A stretch of DNA of 32,000 nucleotides from Alphaproteobacteria bacterium (GCA_025210155.1 JAOASE010000010.1:55587-87586), one strand, 5' to 3'. Positions 8,441 to 16,297 are shown, counted from the stretch's first letter. Made by a program: numbers and translations. The notes: a model not told the origin generated them from the sequence alone.

Positions 8441-8536
8441 TTGACTTAGATGTTTCTGAAAATGATTTCGAAGTTTACAAATAGTAAATAAGATAATCAT
8501 TTATCAGGAACAGATATTCAAAATTCCCAAATCCCC
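8441..8536 (+). repeat. Long-hairpin dispersed repeat, copy G (shortened centre)
   Basis: Left arm ttgacttagatgtttctgaaaatgattt and right arm aatcatttatcaggaacagatattcaaaattcccaaatcc are homologous to the copy C arms. The centre is reduced to gtttac-aaata-gtaaat. Ends 7 nt before the tpiA stop. Confidence 0.6.
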
Positions 8537-8543
8537 TTATCTT

Positions 8544-9284
8544 CTAAGAAGCACTAGCAATAGCTAGAAATGAATCCGCCTTAAGTGACGCACCACCTAC
8601 TAGCACACCGCCAACAGAATCAATTGCTAAAATTTCTTCAGCAGTTTCTGGTTTAACAGATCCACCATAAAGAATAGCTACACCAGCATACCCCATATCT
8701 TCAGCAACCTTTGCAATAGAATCATGCATTTCTTTAACGTCCGCTGGAGTTGCAGATTTACCAGTACCAATAGCCCAAACTGGTTCATAAGCGATAACTA
8801 CAGTATCACCATTACCTGCTTTAGGTAAAGATGCTTTAACTTGTGCAGCAACTACATCTAAAGCTTTACCAGCTTCTCTATCTTCTAAAACTTCACCAAC
8901 ACAAACAATAGGAGTTAAGCCTTGTTTTAAAGCAGTATCAGCTTTTTCAGCAACTAAGGCATCAGTTTCTTTTTCATATTGTCTTCTTTCACTGTGTCCA
9001 AGAATAACAAACTCAGCACCTAACTCTTCTAACATTTCAGCTGAAACATTACCAGTATAAGCTCCAGAATCTTTAGTATGACAATCTTGTCCACCTACTT
9101 TAATTGAAGAATCTTTAGTCAATTCGCAAGCAACAGCCGTCATAGTAAATGGAGGGCAAACAACCATTTGGAATTTAGTTTCATCTAAAGATTTAACACC
9201 TTTAACCAATGCGTCTAAAAGAGCTACATCTTCCTTCAAACCGTTCATTTTCCAATTACCGGCAATCAATTTTTTATTATTCAT
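8544..9284 (-). CDS. tpiA: Triosephosphate isomerase
   Basis: 246 aa. Motifs GNWKMNG, ILGHSERR, AYEPVWAIGTG, YGGSVKP. Confidence 0.95.
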   Translation of the reverse strand: MNNKKLIAGNWKMNGLKEDVALLDALVKGVKSLDETKFQMVVCPPFTMTAVACELTKDSSIKVGGQDCHTKDSGAYTGNVSAEMLEELGAEFVILGHSERRQYEKETDALVAEKADTALKQGLTPIVCVGEVLEDREAGKALDVVAAQVKASLPKAGNGDTVVIAYEPVWAIGTGKSATPADVKEMHDSIAKVAEDMGYAGVAILYGGSVKPETAEEILAIDSVGGVLVGGASLKADSFLAIASAS

Positions 9285-9319
9285 GAAAATCTCCTTATTT
9301 TTTCAAAATTTTACTTGTT

Positions 9320-9347
9320 TTAACAATCTTATCATATATTATATAAT
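9320..9347 (+). promoter_or_regulatory. Sigma70-like promoter for the PpiD-like gene
   Basis: TTAACA 9320-9325, 16-nt spacer, TATAAT 9342-9347. RBS aggaaagga before ATG 9397. Confidence 0.45.
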
Positions 9348-9396
9348 AATGAAAATGCAATAATTAAATTTATTTATTTTAGGAAAGGAATAATAA

Positions 9397-10839
9397 ATGT
9401 TAGAATTCTTCAGAAAAGAGAAAAATCAATTTTTCGTAAAAGGTATCATGCTATTATTAGCAGGAAGTTTCGTGTTCTTAGGTTTCACAGGATATATGTC
9501 TGGATACACAAGTTCAGCCCCAATAATTGAAACAAAAAACCATAAAATAGGTTTAAGAGAATTCCATGGTCTAGTAGAAAACTCAGTACAAATGATGAAA
9601 TACTACAGCAAAGACTTCAACACAAAAACATTTATTAACAACCCAGCTTTCTTCAACAACTTCCTAAGACAACTTAGCTACACTGCCCTAGTTGACTCTT
9701 ATGGAAAAGATAGAAGCTTTATCATGTCAAACGATCAAGCATATGAAATCATTTCTAATACAAAAGAATTCCAAGACGCTGATGGAACATTCAACTACGA
9801 CACATTTAAATATGCTATCCAAAATGCTGGCTACACAGAAAAAGGCTTCATTAACAAAATCAAAGAAGACAGCGTTCAAAAATTAACAAACCAAATCCTA
9901 ACTATTCCTTCAATAGTTCCTGATTTTTACAAAAACAATTTCTTCAAAGTAGCTAACGAAACTAGAGAAATAAAATTAGTAGAAGTTTCTCCTAAAAATT
10001 TCTCAAGCACTACTGCTCCAACAGCAGAAGAACTTCAAAATCTTTACGAACAAAAGAAAATAGAATTCTTAAATCCAGAATCTAGAAGCGTTTCGTACAT
10101 CAAAATTGATGAAACAGTTGAAAATCAAACAGAAACTGCTGAAAACATTTTAGACGACATCATTGGAGGTGAAGACCTTGATGAACTTTCTAAAAAATAT
10201 AACGTAGGAAAATTCGACGTAAGCAACATCAAAAAAGATAGAGAAAACAAAGATAAAATCGTTCAAGAAAACTTAGAAACTATCTTCTCTTTAGAAAAAG
10301 GTGAGGAAAGTAACTTAGTTAATCACGGTAAATCTCTAATAGTTTTCGTATGTAATAACATCAAAGAAAGCACTCCAAAATCTTTCAATGAAGTTAAGTC
10401 TAAACTTATTACTGAATGGACTAACAAAAAGAAAAAAGAAGCTGCTTACAAGTCTCTAAACGACGTTATTAAATCTATCAAAAGTGATAAGTCTTTCGAA
10501 GAAGCAGCAGCATCTAACGGTTTAAAATTCAAAACTGTAAAAGTTTCTAAAAAAGATGAAAAACTTGAAAAGAAACTTAAAGACGCAATCTTATCTGCAG
10601 AAAAAGAAAATCAAGAATACATTATCATGGGCGAAGAAAAATATTACCTTTTCTCAATCAACAAAACAATCTTCCCTACTAAAGATATCAAAACTCTAAG
10701 CGAAGATGAAATCAAAGAAGTAGATCAAGCATTCCAAGAATCTCTTGCGAACGAACAAATTGAAAAACTTCAAAGAAAATATAGAATGAGAGTGTACAAC
10801 AACGTACTAGAAAGCTACGTCAGCCAATACAGAGACTAA
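9397..10839 (+). CDS. Periplasmic chaperone, PpiD-like (membrane-anchored, SurA-N-like plus degenerate parvulin-like region)
   Basis: 480 aa with an N-terminal TM anchor (IMLLLAGSFVFLGFTGYM). Central block DDIIGGEDLDELSKKY...LEKGEES...GKSLIVFV resembles a parvulin domain layout. Confidence 0.55.
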   Translation: MLEFFRKEKNQFFVKGIMLLLAGSFVFLGFTGYMSGYTSSAPIIETKNHKIGLREFHGLVENSVQMMKYYSKDFNTKTFINNPAFFNNFLRQLSYTALVDSYGKDRSFIMSNDQAYEIISNTKEFQDADGTFNYDTFKYAIQNAGYTEKGFINKIKEDSVQKLTNQILTIPSIVPDFYKNNFFKVANETREIKLVEVSPKNFSSTTAPTAEELQNLYEQKKIEFLNPESRSVSYIKIDETVENQTETAENILDDIIGGEDLDELSKKYNVGKFDVSNIKKDRENKDKIVQENLETIFSLEKGEESNLVNHGKSLIVFVCNNIKESTPKSFNEVKSKLITEWTNKKKKEAAYKSLNDVIKSIKSDKSFEEAAASNGLKFKTVKVSKKDEKLEKKLKDAILSAEKENQEYIIMGEEKYYLFSINKTIFPTKDIKTLSEDEIKEVDQAFQESLANEQIEKLQRKYRMRVYNNVLESYVSQYRD

Positions 10840-10852
10840 ACAAATCTCTACT

Positions 10853-10889
10853 CAAAAAAATAAAGCCCCTCTTCCGAAGGGCTTTTTTT
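10853..10889. terminator. Rho-independent terminator, copy 1 of a duplicated 36-37 bp block
   Basis: caaaaaaataaagcccctcttccgaagggcttttttt. Stem aaagccc/gggcttt with A-run and T-run flanks, so bidirectional. Confidence 0.8.
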
Positions 10890-10907
10890 GAAGCTCAAAA
10901 ATCGATG

Positions 10908-11477
10908 TCAATCATATACCCACATAAGGTGTTGGTGTTCAATTTCCCTAACGATCTTTTCAATAGTATTTTTTTCTTTAGCTATTGTTTCTGTCTCTCT
11001 TTTAGTGACCAATTCACTAAATTCCTTAACACATAACGTAACAAAACGCAATTTTGCCGCAGGATCAAGACCAAGATCAGAAATTAAATCATCTTGAAAC
11101 TTAATCTCTCTACCTGATTTAACAAATTTCTCTTCCTTCAAAATATCAATAACTCTTTTACAGCGATAATAAGTCCGCAAATAATCTGAAATATGATAAA
11201 TTTTAGAAAAATCCTTACACTCCTCTTCTGGAATTTTCAAGCAAAATTTTTCTTCACAAAGACTTATCAATTTCTTTTTATCAAAATCGGCTTCAAATTT
11301 AAATTGAGCCCAAAAAAAACGACTTGTTATTCCTGAAGCATTTTCAACCAAAGAATTCTCTTTTATAATTTTAATTATTTCTTTATAAAATTGATAATTA
11401 CAATCAATCTCTGGTTTTTCAGCTATTTTTTGATCTTTATCACTAGAATTATTTCCAGTAAAAAATTTTATTTTCAT
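10908..11477 (-). CDS. Hypothetical protein with two tandem ACP-like domains, both lacking the phosphopantetheine-attachment serine
   Basis: 189 aa. LISLCEEKFCLKIPEEE and DLGLDPAAKLRFVTLCVKEF align with LDSLDILYFIQLCEDKFKITIPDEV of the neighbouring ACPs. The Ser position reads P in domain 2, and domain 1 has no Ser in the aligned stretch. Confidence 0.55.
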   Translation of the reverse strand: MKIKFFTGNNSSDKDQKIAEKPEIDCNYQFYKEIIKIIKENSLVENASGITSRFFWAQFKFEADFDKKKLISLCEEKFCLKIPEEECKDFSKIYHISDYLRTYYRCKRVIDILKEEKFVKSGREIKFQDDLISDLGLDPAAKLRFVTLCVKEFSELVTKRETETIAKEKNTIEKIVREIEHQHLMWVYD

Positions 11478-11515
11478 AATTTAAAATGTTTGGTTTATAA
11501 AATTGGTTTAAAATA

Positions 11516-11543
11516 AATTTATCACCAATAGTTTATTTGTCAA
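11516..11543 (-). promoter_or_regulatory. Sigma70-like promoter for the 189-aa gene
   Basis: Minus strand: TTGACA (11543-11538), 16-nt spacer, TAAATT (11521-11516). Confidence 0.45.
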
Positions 11544-11562
11544 GTAAATTCATAAATATAAA

Positions 11563-11598
11563 CAAAAAATAAAGCCCCTCTTCCGAAGGGCTTTTTTT
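11563..11598. terminator. Rho-independent terminator, copy 2 of the duplicated block
   Basis: caaaaaataaagcccctcttccgaagggcttttttt, identical to 10853-10889 except for one A in the A-run. Terminates the ACP operon on the minus strand. Confidence 0.8.
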
Positions 11599-11618
11599 AT
11601 AAACTAAATATTTGGGCT

Positions 11619-11873
11619 TTAAGCGACAACTCCATTTCTTATATCATAGATAATATTAACAAAGTCCTCTACTGTTTTAGCCTCTTCCGCAACTTCATCT
11701 GGAATAGTAATTTTAAATTTATCTTCACAGAGTTGAATAAAGTAAAGTATATCCAAACTATCTAAAGGAAGATCTTTCGTTAAATTAGCTTCCAAAACAA
11801 CTTCGTCCTCATTGATTCCATATTTATCAACGATACCAGCCTTTAAAACATTAAAAATTTCTTCTTTTGTCAT
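11619..11873 (-). CDS. Acyl carrier protein-like, orphan paralog 2
   Basis: 84 aa from ATG 11873. Carrier motif LPLDSLDILYFIQLCEDKF with the serine intact. Roughly half identical to the upstream ACP. Confidence 0.7.
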   Translation of the reverse strand: MTKEEIFNVLKAGIVDKYGINEDEVVLEANLTKDLPLDSLDILYFIQLCEDKFKITIPDEVAEEAKTVEDFVNIIYDIRNGVVA

Positions 11874-11890
11874 AATCAAAAATTTTAGGT

Positions 11891-12133
11891 TTAATTAATT
11901 ATATTATAAACTATATTTACAAAATCCTGAACTATTTCAGCTTTTTCAGCAACATCATCTGAAATATGAATATCAAACCTTTTCTCACAAAATTGAATAA
12001 ATTCAAGATGATCTAAACTATCTAAAGCCAAATCATCTACCCAGTTAGATTTTAATTCAACCTCATTTTCATGAATTCCTGCCTTATCTGCTATCTCAGA
12101 TTTTAGAACATTAAAAATTTCTTCTTTTTTCAT
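11891..12133 (-). CDS. Acyl carrier protein-like, orphan paralog 1
   Basis: 80 aa. Carrier motif LALDSLDHLEFIQFCEKRF. No fab genes adjacent. Confidence 0.7.
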   Translation of the reverse strand: MKKEEIFNVLKSEIADKAGIHENEVELKSNWVDDLALDSLDHLEFIQFCEKRFDIHISDDVAEKAEIVQDFVNIVYNIIN

Positions 12134-12170
12134 AAATAAAAATAATTAGATTTAAATTTCTTTTGGTAAA

Positions 12171-12199
12171 ACACTACAACTATAAAGTTTATTAATCAA
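12171..12199 (-). promoter_or_regulatory. Candidate promoter of the ACP pair
   Basis: Minus strand: TTGATT (12199-12194), 17-nt spacer, TAGTGT (12176-12171). Confidence 0.4.
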
Positions 12200-12230
12200 G
12201 ATTTTTTTTTCACAACAAAAGAAAACATTC

Positions 12231-12259
12231 TTGTCTAACAACCTATTTTATGATATCAT
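12231..12259 (+). promoter_or_regulatory. Candidate promoter for the 12295 gene
   Basis: TTGTCT 12231-12236, 17-nt spacer, TATCAT 12254-12259. Confidence 0.4.
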
Positions 12260-12294
12260 AAAAATAGCTTCTAACATTTAAACCTAATTACACA

Positions 12295-12708
12295 ATGAAC
12301 AACAAAATTCGCAATACAGTAAATATAAATTCTTTAAAAATATTAAATAACAAATTTTCTAAAGGATTTATTTCCAGGGAAATCTCTTCAAAAAAAGAAT
12401 ATTACCTAGAAACAAGTGACAAAAAATTCGAGAGAATAGAATTCAATGAATGTTTCATTAAACCAACATGTAGAAATTATTCCATCGTTTTAATTCATCT
12501 AGAAGATGATCTAATAACAACAGGATGTATAAAAAGTGAATTCGTATATATAAATATAAACGGATTTAAATTTAAACTTCTTGAAAGAATAAAACTAAAT
12601 GTTCTTAGTGGAAACTTCATACTTTTTGAAATAGAAGATGTAGTTAGAGAAACTGCAGAACCTATCAATGAAAAAAATGTTGAACTCATCGAAAAAATAG
12701 CCTCCTAA
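12295..12708 (+). CDS. Hypothetical protein, 137 aa
   Basis: ORF with its own promoter. The stop overlaps the bidirectional terminator. No recognised domain. Confidence 0.5.
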   Translation: MNNKIRNTVNINSLKILNNKFSKGFISREISSKKEYYLETSDKKFERIEFNECFIKPTCRNYSIVLIHLEDDLITTGCIKSEFVYININGFKFKLLERIKLNVLSGNFILFEIEDVVRETAEPINEKNVELIEKIAS

Positions 12709-12722
12709 TGGGAGGCTATTTC
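12692..12722. terminator. Bidirectional terminator shared by the 12295 gene and ftsZ
   Basis: Stem atagcctcc(12697-12705)/ggaggctat(12711-12719), A-run before and T-rich after. Confidence 0.75.
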
Positions 12723-12742
12723 CATAAAATCATTCCGATATA

Positions 12743-14677
12743 TTATTTTCTGAATACAGCTGGTATATCCAAGCTTTCTTCCATTTCTTCAATAACATCC
12801 ATCAAATTAAAAGGTTTTTTCTCTTCACCCTTCTCTTTCATAGAACTAGAAATGAAAACAACATTATCAGATTTTAATTGTTTATCATCTGAACTTGCTG
12901 TAGCACTTGCAGCTGGTGCTGGTTTTCTAACAACTGTTTCTTTTTTAACAGTTCTAACAACAGGTGCTTCTTCCACTACAACTTCTTCTTCAATATCAAC
13001 TTCTTCAAAAGGAACTTCATCCACTTCTTCTTCAATTAATTCAGCTTCATCTTCCTTTTTACCTTTTTTAAAGATTGAAGTAAAAAATTTAGACTTACCA
13101 ATTTTCTTATCTTCATCTTCAACATCTTCAGTTGTTTCTACAACAACTTCATCAACTCTATCTACTTCGCCATCTTCTTCAATTTCTACGAAAACATCTT
13201 CTTCAACAACTGATGGAGACTCTTGCAATTTAGTTTCAATCTCCTCTGTTATTTCTTCAGCAATATCTTCTGCAGTTTCTTGATTTTCAGCAATAGTATT
13301 AAACTCTTGCTCTAATTGAACATCTTCTTCATTTTGCCCAATCTCAACACCATCAATTTTATCTCTAAGTCTTGAAAATTCACCAATTGGTGATTTTGGA
13401 GCTTCTTGAGCTGCCTCCCTAACAACAACTCTTTCAGAAATTTCCTTAGGAACCACTAAGTCATCACTAGCTTTAACAGTTTCTTCTTCAAATAAAGTTT
13501 CTTTAACAGGAGCTTGCGCAGCTTGAACTCTCTTCTCTTCTGATAATTTTTGTAAAGCAATATCAGATTTAGCAGCGTCACTCAAAGAAATACCATCAAC
13601 AAAAGCACCTTCATCAACTACCTTTTCTAACGTTTCAACTTCTGCACTAGAGAAAGTTCCTGAAAAATTAGCAACTCCATCAAAACCAGCCGCAACTAAT
13701 GAAACCTTAATCTTTCCAGCTAAATCATCATCAAAAGATGTACCAAAAATAATATTTGAATCTCTTAAACCAACGTCTTCTCTAATTCTATTCATGGCAG
13801 TACTAATTTCTTCCAATGACAAATCATCTTCCGAACCAGAAATATTCACAAGAACACCCTTTGCACCTGAAATAGTATTTGACGAAAGCAATCTATTAAC
13901 CAAAGCTTCTTCCGCTGCAACAATAGCTCTGTTTTCACCTTCAGCAATAGCAGTACCTATAACAGCCCTACCCTTACCCATCATAACAGATCTAATGTCA
14001 GCAAAATCAAGATTAATCAAACCTTGCTTAATCATTAAGTCAGTAATATTTTTAACACCTTCTACAAGAATGCCATCAGCAACTTGAAAAGCCTCTTTCA
14101 TTAACGTATCAGAACCAACCACTTCAAAAAGATTTTGATTTGGTAGCACAACTAATGAATCTACAATTTCTTCTAATTCTTTAACGGCAGTTTCTGCAAT
14201 TTGCCTTCTACCATCACCTTCAAAATCAAATGGTGTAGTAACAATAGCTACTGTCAAAATACCTTTATCTTTAGCTGCCTGAGCAATAACTGGAGTAGCA
14301 CCTGTACCAGAACCGCCACCTAATCCTGTCGCAATAAATAGCATATTAACATCTTTTAATTCTTCAATAATTTCATCCAAAGATTCTTCTGCAGCAACCT
14401 TACCTATTTCTGGTCTAGAACCAGACCCCAAACCTTTTGTAGTCTGCTTACCTAACTGTATAATTTTATCTGCACGAGAATTAACTAACGACTGCAAATC
14501 AGAGTTAGCAGAAACAAATCTAACTCCTTCAATCCCTTTTTCTATCATGTTATTAACGGCATTACAGCCTCCTCCACCAACACCAAAAACAGTGATATTA
14601 GGCAAGACAGTTTTCATTCCGCTTGGAGCTTGATTAGCAACATTATCATGAAGATTTGTAATATTTGATTTATTCAT
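12743..14677 (-). CDS. ftsZ: Cell division protein FtsZ with a ~300-aa acidic C-terminal linker
   Basis: GVGGGGCNAV, GLGGGSGTGATPV, C-terminal peptide LDIPAVFRK. RBS aaggagag. The linker is rich in E, D and V. Confidence 0.95.
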   Translation of the reverse strand: MNKSNITNLHDNVANQAPSGMKTVLPNITVFGVGGGGCNAVNNMIEKGIEGVRFVSANSDLQSLVNSRADKIIQLGKQTTKGLGSGSRPEIGKVAAEESLDEIIEELKDVNMLFIATGLGGGSGTGATPVIAQAAKDKGILTVAIVTTPFDFEGDGRRQIAETAVKELEEIVDSLVVLPNQNLFEVVGSDTLMKEAFQVADGILVEGVKNITDLMIKQGLINLDFADIRSVMMGKGRAVIGTAIAEGENRAIVAAEEALVNRLLSSNTISGAKGVLVNISGSEDDLSLEEISTAMNRIREDVGLRDSNIIFGTSFDDDLAGKIKVSLVAAGFDGVANFSGTFSSAEVETLEKVVDEGAFVDGISLSDAAKSDIALQKLSEEKRVQAAQAPVKETLFEEETVKASDDLVVPKEISERVVVREAAQEAPKSPIGEFSRLRDKIDGVEIGQNEEDVQLEQEFNTIAENQETAEDIAEEITEEIETKLQESPSVVEEDVFVEIEEDGEVDRVDEVVVETTEDVEDEDKKIGKSKFFTSIFKKGKKEDEAELIEEEVDEVPFEEVDIEEEVVVEEAPVVRTVKKETVVRKPAPAASATASSDDKQLKSDNVVFISSSMKEKGEEKKPFNLMDVIEEMEESLDIPAVFRK

Positions 14678-14710
14678 ATAAAACTCTCCTTAAGCACACT
14701 TATTACAAAT

Positions 14711-14738
14711 ATTATAACATAATTTATAGTATTTTCAA
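14711..14738 (-). promoter_or_regulatory. Sigma70-like promoter of ftsZ
   Basis: Minus strand: TTGAAA (14738-14733), 16-nt spacer, TATAAT (14716-14711). Confidence 0.55.
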
Positions 14739-14788
14739 AGATAAAAAAAGGCTTTACGAAAAAAAATGATTTTTTTTGAAAAAAGTAC

Positions 14789-14817
14789 TAGACTTTTATT
14801 TTTTTTTATATTAAAAT
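14789..14817 (+). promoter_or_regulatory. Candidate promoter of tRNA-Phe
   Basis: TAGACT 14789-14794, 17-nt spacer, TAAAAT 14812-14817, about 16 nt before the tRNA 5' end. Confidence 0.4.
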
Positions 14818-14833
14818 ACGAGCAATTCAAGAT

Positions 14834-14909
14834 GGCCAGGTAGCTCAGTTGGTAGAGCAAAGGACTGAAAATCCTTGTGTCGGCGGTTCGATCCCGCCCT
14901 TGGCCACCA
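14834..14909 (+). tRNA. tRNA-Phe (anticodon GAA), CCA encoded
   Basis: 76 nt cloverleaf: acceptor ggccagg/cttggcc, D-arm gctc-agttggta-gagc, anticodon loop ctGAAaa, T-arm ggcgg-ttcgatc-ccgcc, discriminator A plus CCA. Confidence 0.95.
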
Positions 14910-14991
14910 CTTTTAATTTCCCAAAAAAGAAGGGAACTTTTTTTTCCCCTTTTTCCCTTCTTTATTCCCCTTTAAAAGTAGTTTTTTTTAC

Positions 14992-15028
14992 AAAAAAAAA
15001 TAGGCTGAACTCCCCTGTTCAACCTATT
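14992..15028 (-). terminator. Rho-independent terminator of ybgC
   Basis: Minus strand: ataggttgaac-agggga-gttcagcctat (one mismatch) followed by a 9-nt T-run (A-run 14992-15000 on plus). Confidence 0.75.
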
Positions 15029-15050
15029 ACCCTAGGGGATTCAAAGTCCC

Positions 15051-15536
15051 TTAAACAATATATTTAGAAAGAACGTCTCTCCAAACCTTAGGTGCTCTAG
15101 CAGCTCTTCCACTATCTTTCATCATAAATACTAAAGTAGGATTTACTTCCACCAAAATATCTCCCAAAGAACCATCTTCATTAATATGTCTTATTTCTTG
15201 ATGGAATTCCACTTTCAAACCATTAAAAGATTTAACATTAGTTAAAATCATAATACTTTCATTCAACCTAGCTGGCTTCTTAAATTTCATATTAACATCT
15301 ATCAAAGCCCAATCACCAACAGATCTAACTTCCTTAACTTCATCAGCAGGAACATCTGCATCAATTATATTCCAAAATTCATTCCTACCTCTTTCAGCAA
15401 ACTTCAAATAATTAGCATGGAAAACAATTCCTGCACAATCCAAATCTTGGTAATAAACTCTAGCTGAAATACAGTGAGTTTTTCCATCCATAAAACCATT
15501 TAATTTTTCATATTGATTTATATAATTTTTAATCAT
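15051..15536 (-). CDS. ybgC: Acyl-CoA thioesterase, YbgC/4HBT family
   Basis: RVYYQDLDCAGIVFHANYLKFAERGRNEFW matches the hotdog-fold YbgC signature. RBS aagga before ATG 15536. Confidence 0.8.
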   Translation of the reverse strand: MIKNYINQYEKLNGFMDGKTHCISARVYYQDLDCAGIVFHANYLKFAERGRNEFWNIIDADVPADEVKEVRSVGDWALIDVNMKFKKPARLNESIMILTNVKSFNGLKVEFHQEIRHINEDGSLGDILVEVNPTLVFMMKDSGRAARAPKVWRDVLSKYIV

Positions 15537-15712
15537 TTTCTAAATCCTTTTTTAAATTCATCTGCTAAATAATAACAAATCCCTAAACAATGTAAAGTTA
15601 AAATAAATAGATTATGATTTACCACAAACAAAAGGTAGAATCATAACTTTAAAAACAAATTTAAAATCATTGATTAGACTCAAACTTTTTCAAAAACAAA
15701 TTTTTAACAAAA

Positions 15713-15741
15713 TAAAAAAAGGTAGTGCAAAAACACTACCC
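15713..15741 (-). terminator. Rho-independent terminator of the DapB-N-like gene
   Basis: Minus strand: ggtagtg-tttttg-cactacc followed by a T-run. Confidence 0.8.
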
Positions 15742-15754
15742 AAATATTTTAAAA

Positions 15755-16237
15755 TTAACAATATGCTTTACTATATTCTATCCTTCTACAGGCATCTATA
15801 ATCATAGACCTAGTTTCATGATCACAAATTGAATCCTTATTAAAGTTAAGAACTTCAAAAGGCACCCCTTTCATGGTAGAATATAAGTATCCTAATTTTT
15901 TATTCCATCCGGAAGTTCCCAATACAATTGGCAACTCTCTTTTAGAACATTCTTCTATAACTTTTACTGCATCAAATGAATGAGTAAAAATCAAAACAAT
16001 AAGGTTTTCCGACTGACTAATTACATCATTATTAAAAGCCTCATCCATATCTAAAAATAGAGGACAATTATTAGATGCAAAAGAACAATCAAGAATACCT
16101 GGAACAAAACCCTTTACATTAACTTTAGACTCTTTATTAGAGTCGTAGACGTCAAAGATTTCTAATATTTGCCCATTAAAGTCATCATCTCCAACCAACA
16201 ATACATTAAACCTTTGATAAGATCCTTCAGCTTCCAT
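15755..16237 (-). CDS. Hypothetical protein resembling only the N-terminal dinucleotide-binding domain of dihydrodipicolinate reductase (DapB), with a degenerate glycine motif
   Basis: 160 aa from ATG 16237; the upstream part of the ORF overlaps a terminator and promoter. NVLLVGDDDFNGQIL resembles IRVAIAGAGGRMGRQL, and LIVLIFTHSFDAVKVIEECSKRELPIVLGTSGW resembles [33 protein letters not shown] of E. coli DapB (sequence recalled from memory). Confidence 0.4.
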   Translation of the reverse strand: MEAEGSYQRFNVLLVGDDDFNGQILEIFDVYDSNKESKVNVKGFVPGILDCSFASNNCPLFLDMDEAFNNDVISQSENLIVLIFTHSFDAVKVIEECSKRELPIVLGTSGWNKKLGYLYSTMKGVPFEVLNFNKDSICDHETRSMIIDACRRIEYSKAYC

Positions 16238-16267
16238 ATTTATTAGATTTAAATTTTTCTTATATAA

Positions 16268-16297
16268 ATTATATATATAAAAAAAGCACCCTGTCAA
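16268..16297 (-). promoter_or_regulatory. Sigma70-like promoter for the DapB-N-like gene
   Basis: Minus strand: TTGACA (16297-16292), then TATATA or TATAAT at a 16-18 nt spacer. Confidence 0.5.

Noticed and set aside
10888-11097. 69-aa plus-strand ORF, plus ORFs 7543-7734 and 17084-17296.
   Set aside because: They overlap better-supported genes or terminators on the other strand. ORF 7543-7734 runs across a terminator and the GC-rich module.
12708-13283. 191-aa Ser/Thr-rich ORF on the plus strand, plus ORF 13794-14087.
   Set aside because: These are antisense shadows of the ftsZ linker (GAA/GAT-rich codons read as TTC/ATC-type Ser/Thr-rich frames). They have low-complexity composition and no start context.
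14910-15050. The tRNA-Phe 3' flank as a possible integration hotspot or genomic-island border. It contains a C/T-rich tract and the hairpin aagaaggg/cccttctt.
   Set aside because: There is no integrase, no direct repeat of the tRNA 3' end, and the next gene is conserved ybgC. The hairpin may simply terminate the tRNA transcript.
14849-15067. 72-aa ORF overlapping tRNA-Phe.
   Set aside because: It begins inside the tRNA gene and continues through a pyrimidine-rich spacer and a terminator, so it is not coding.
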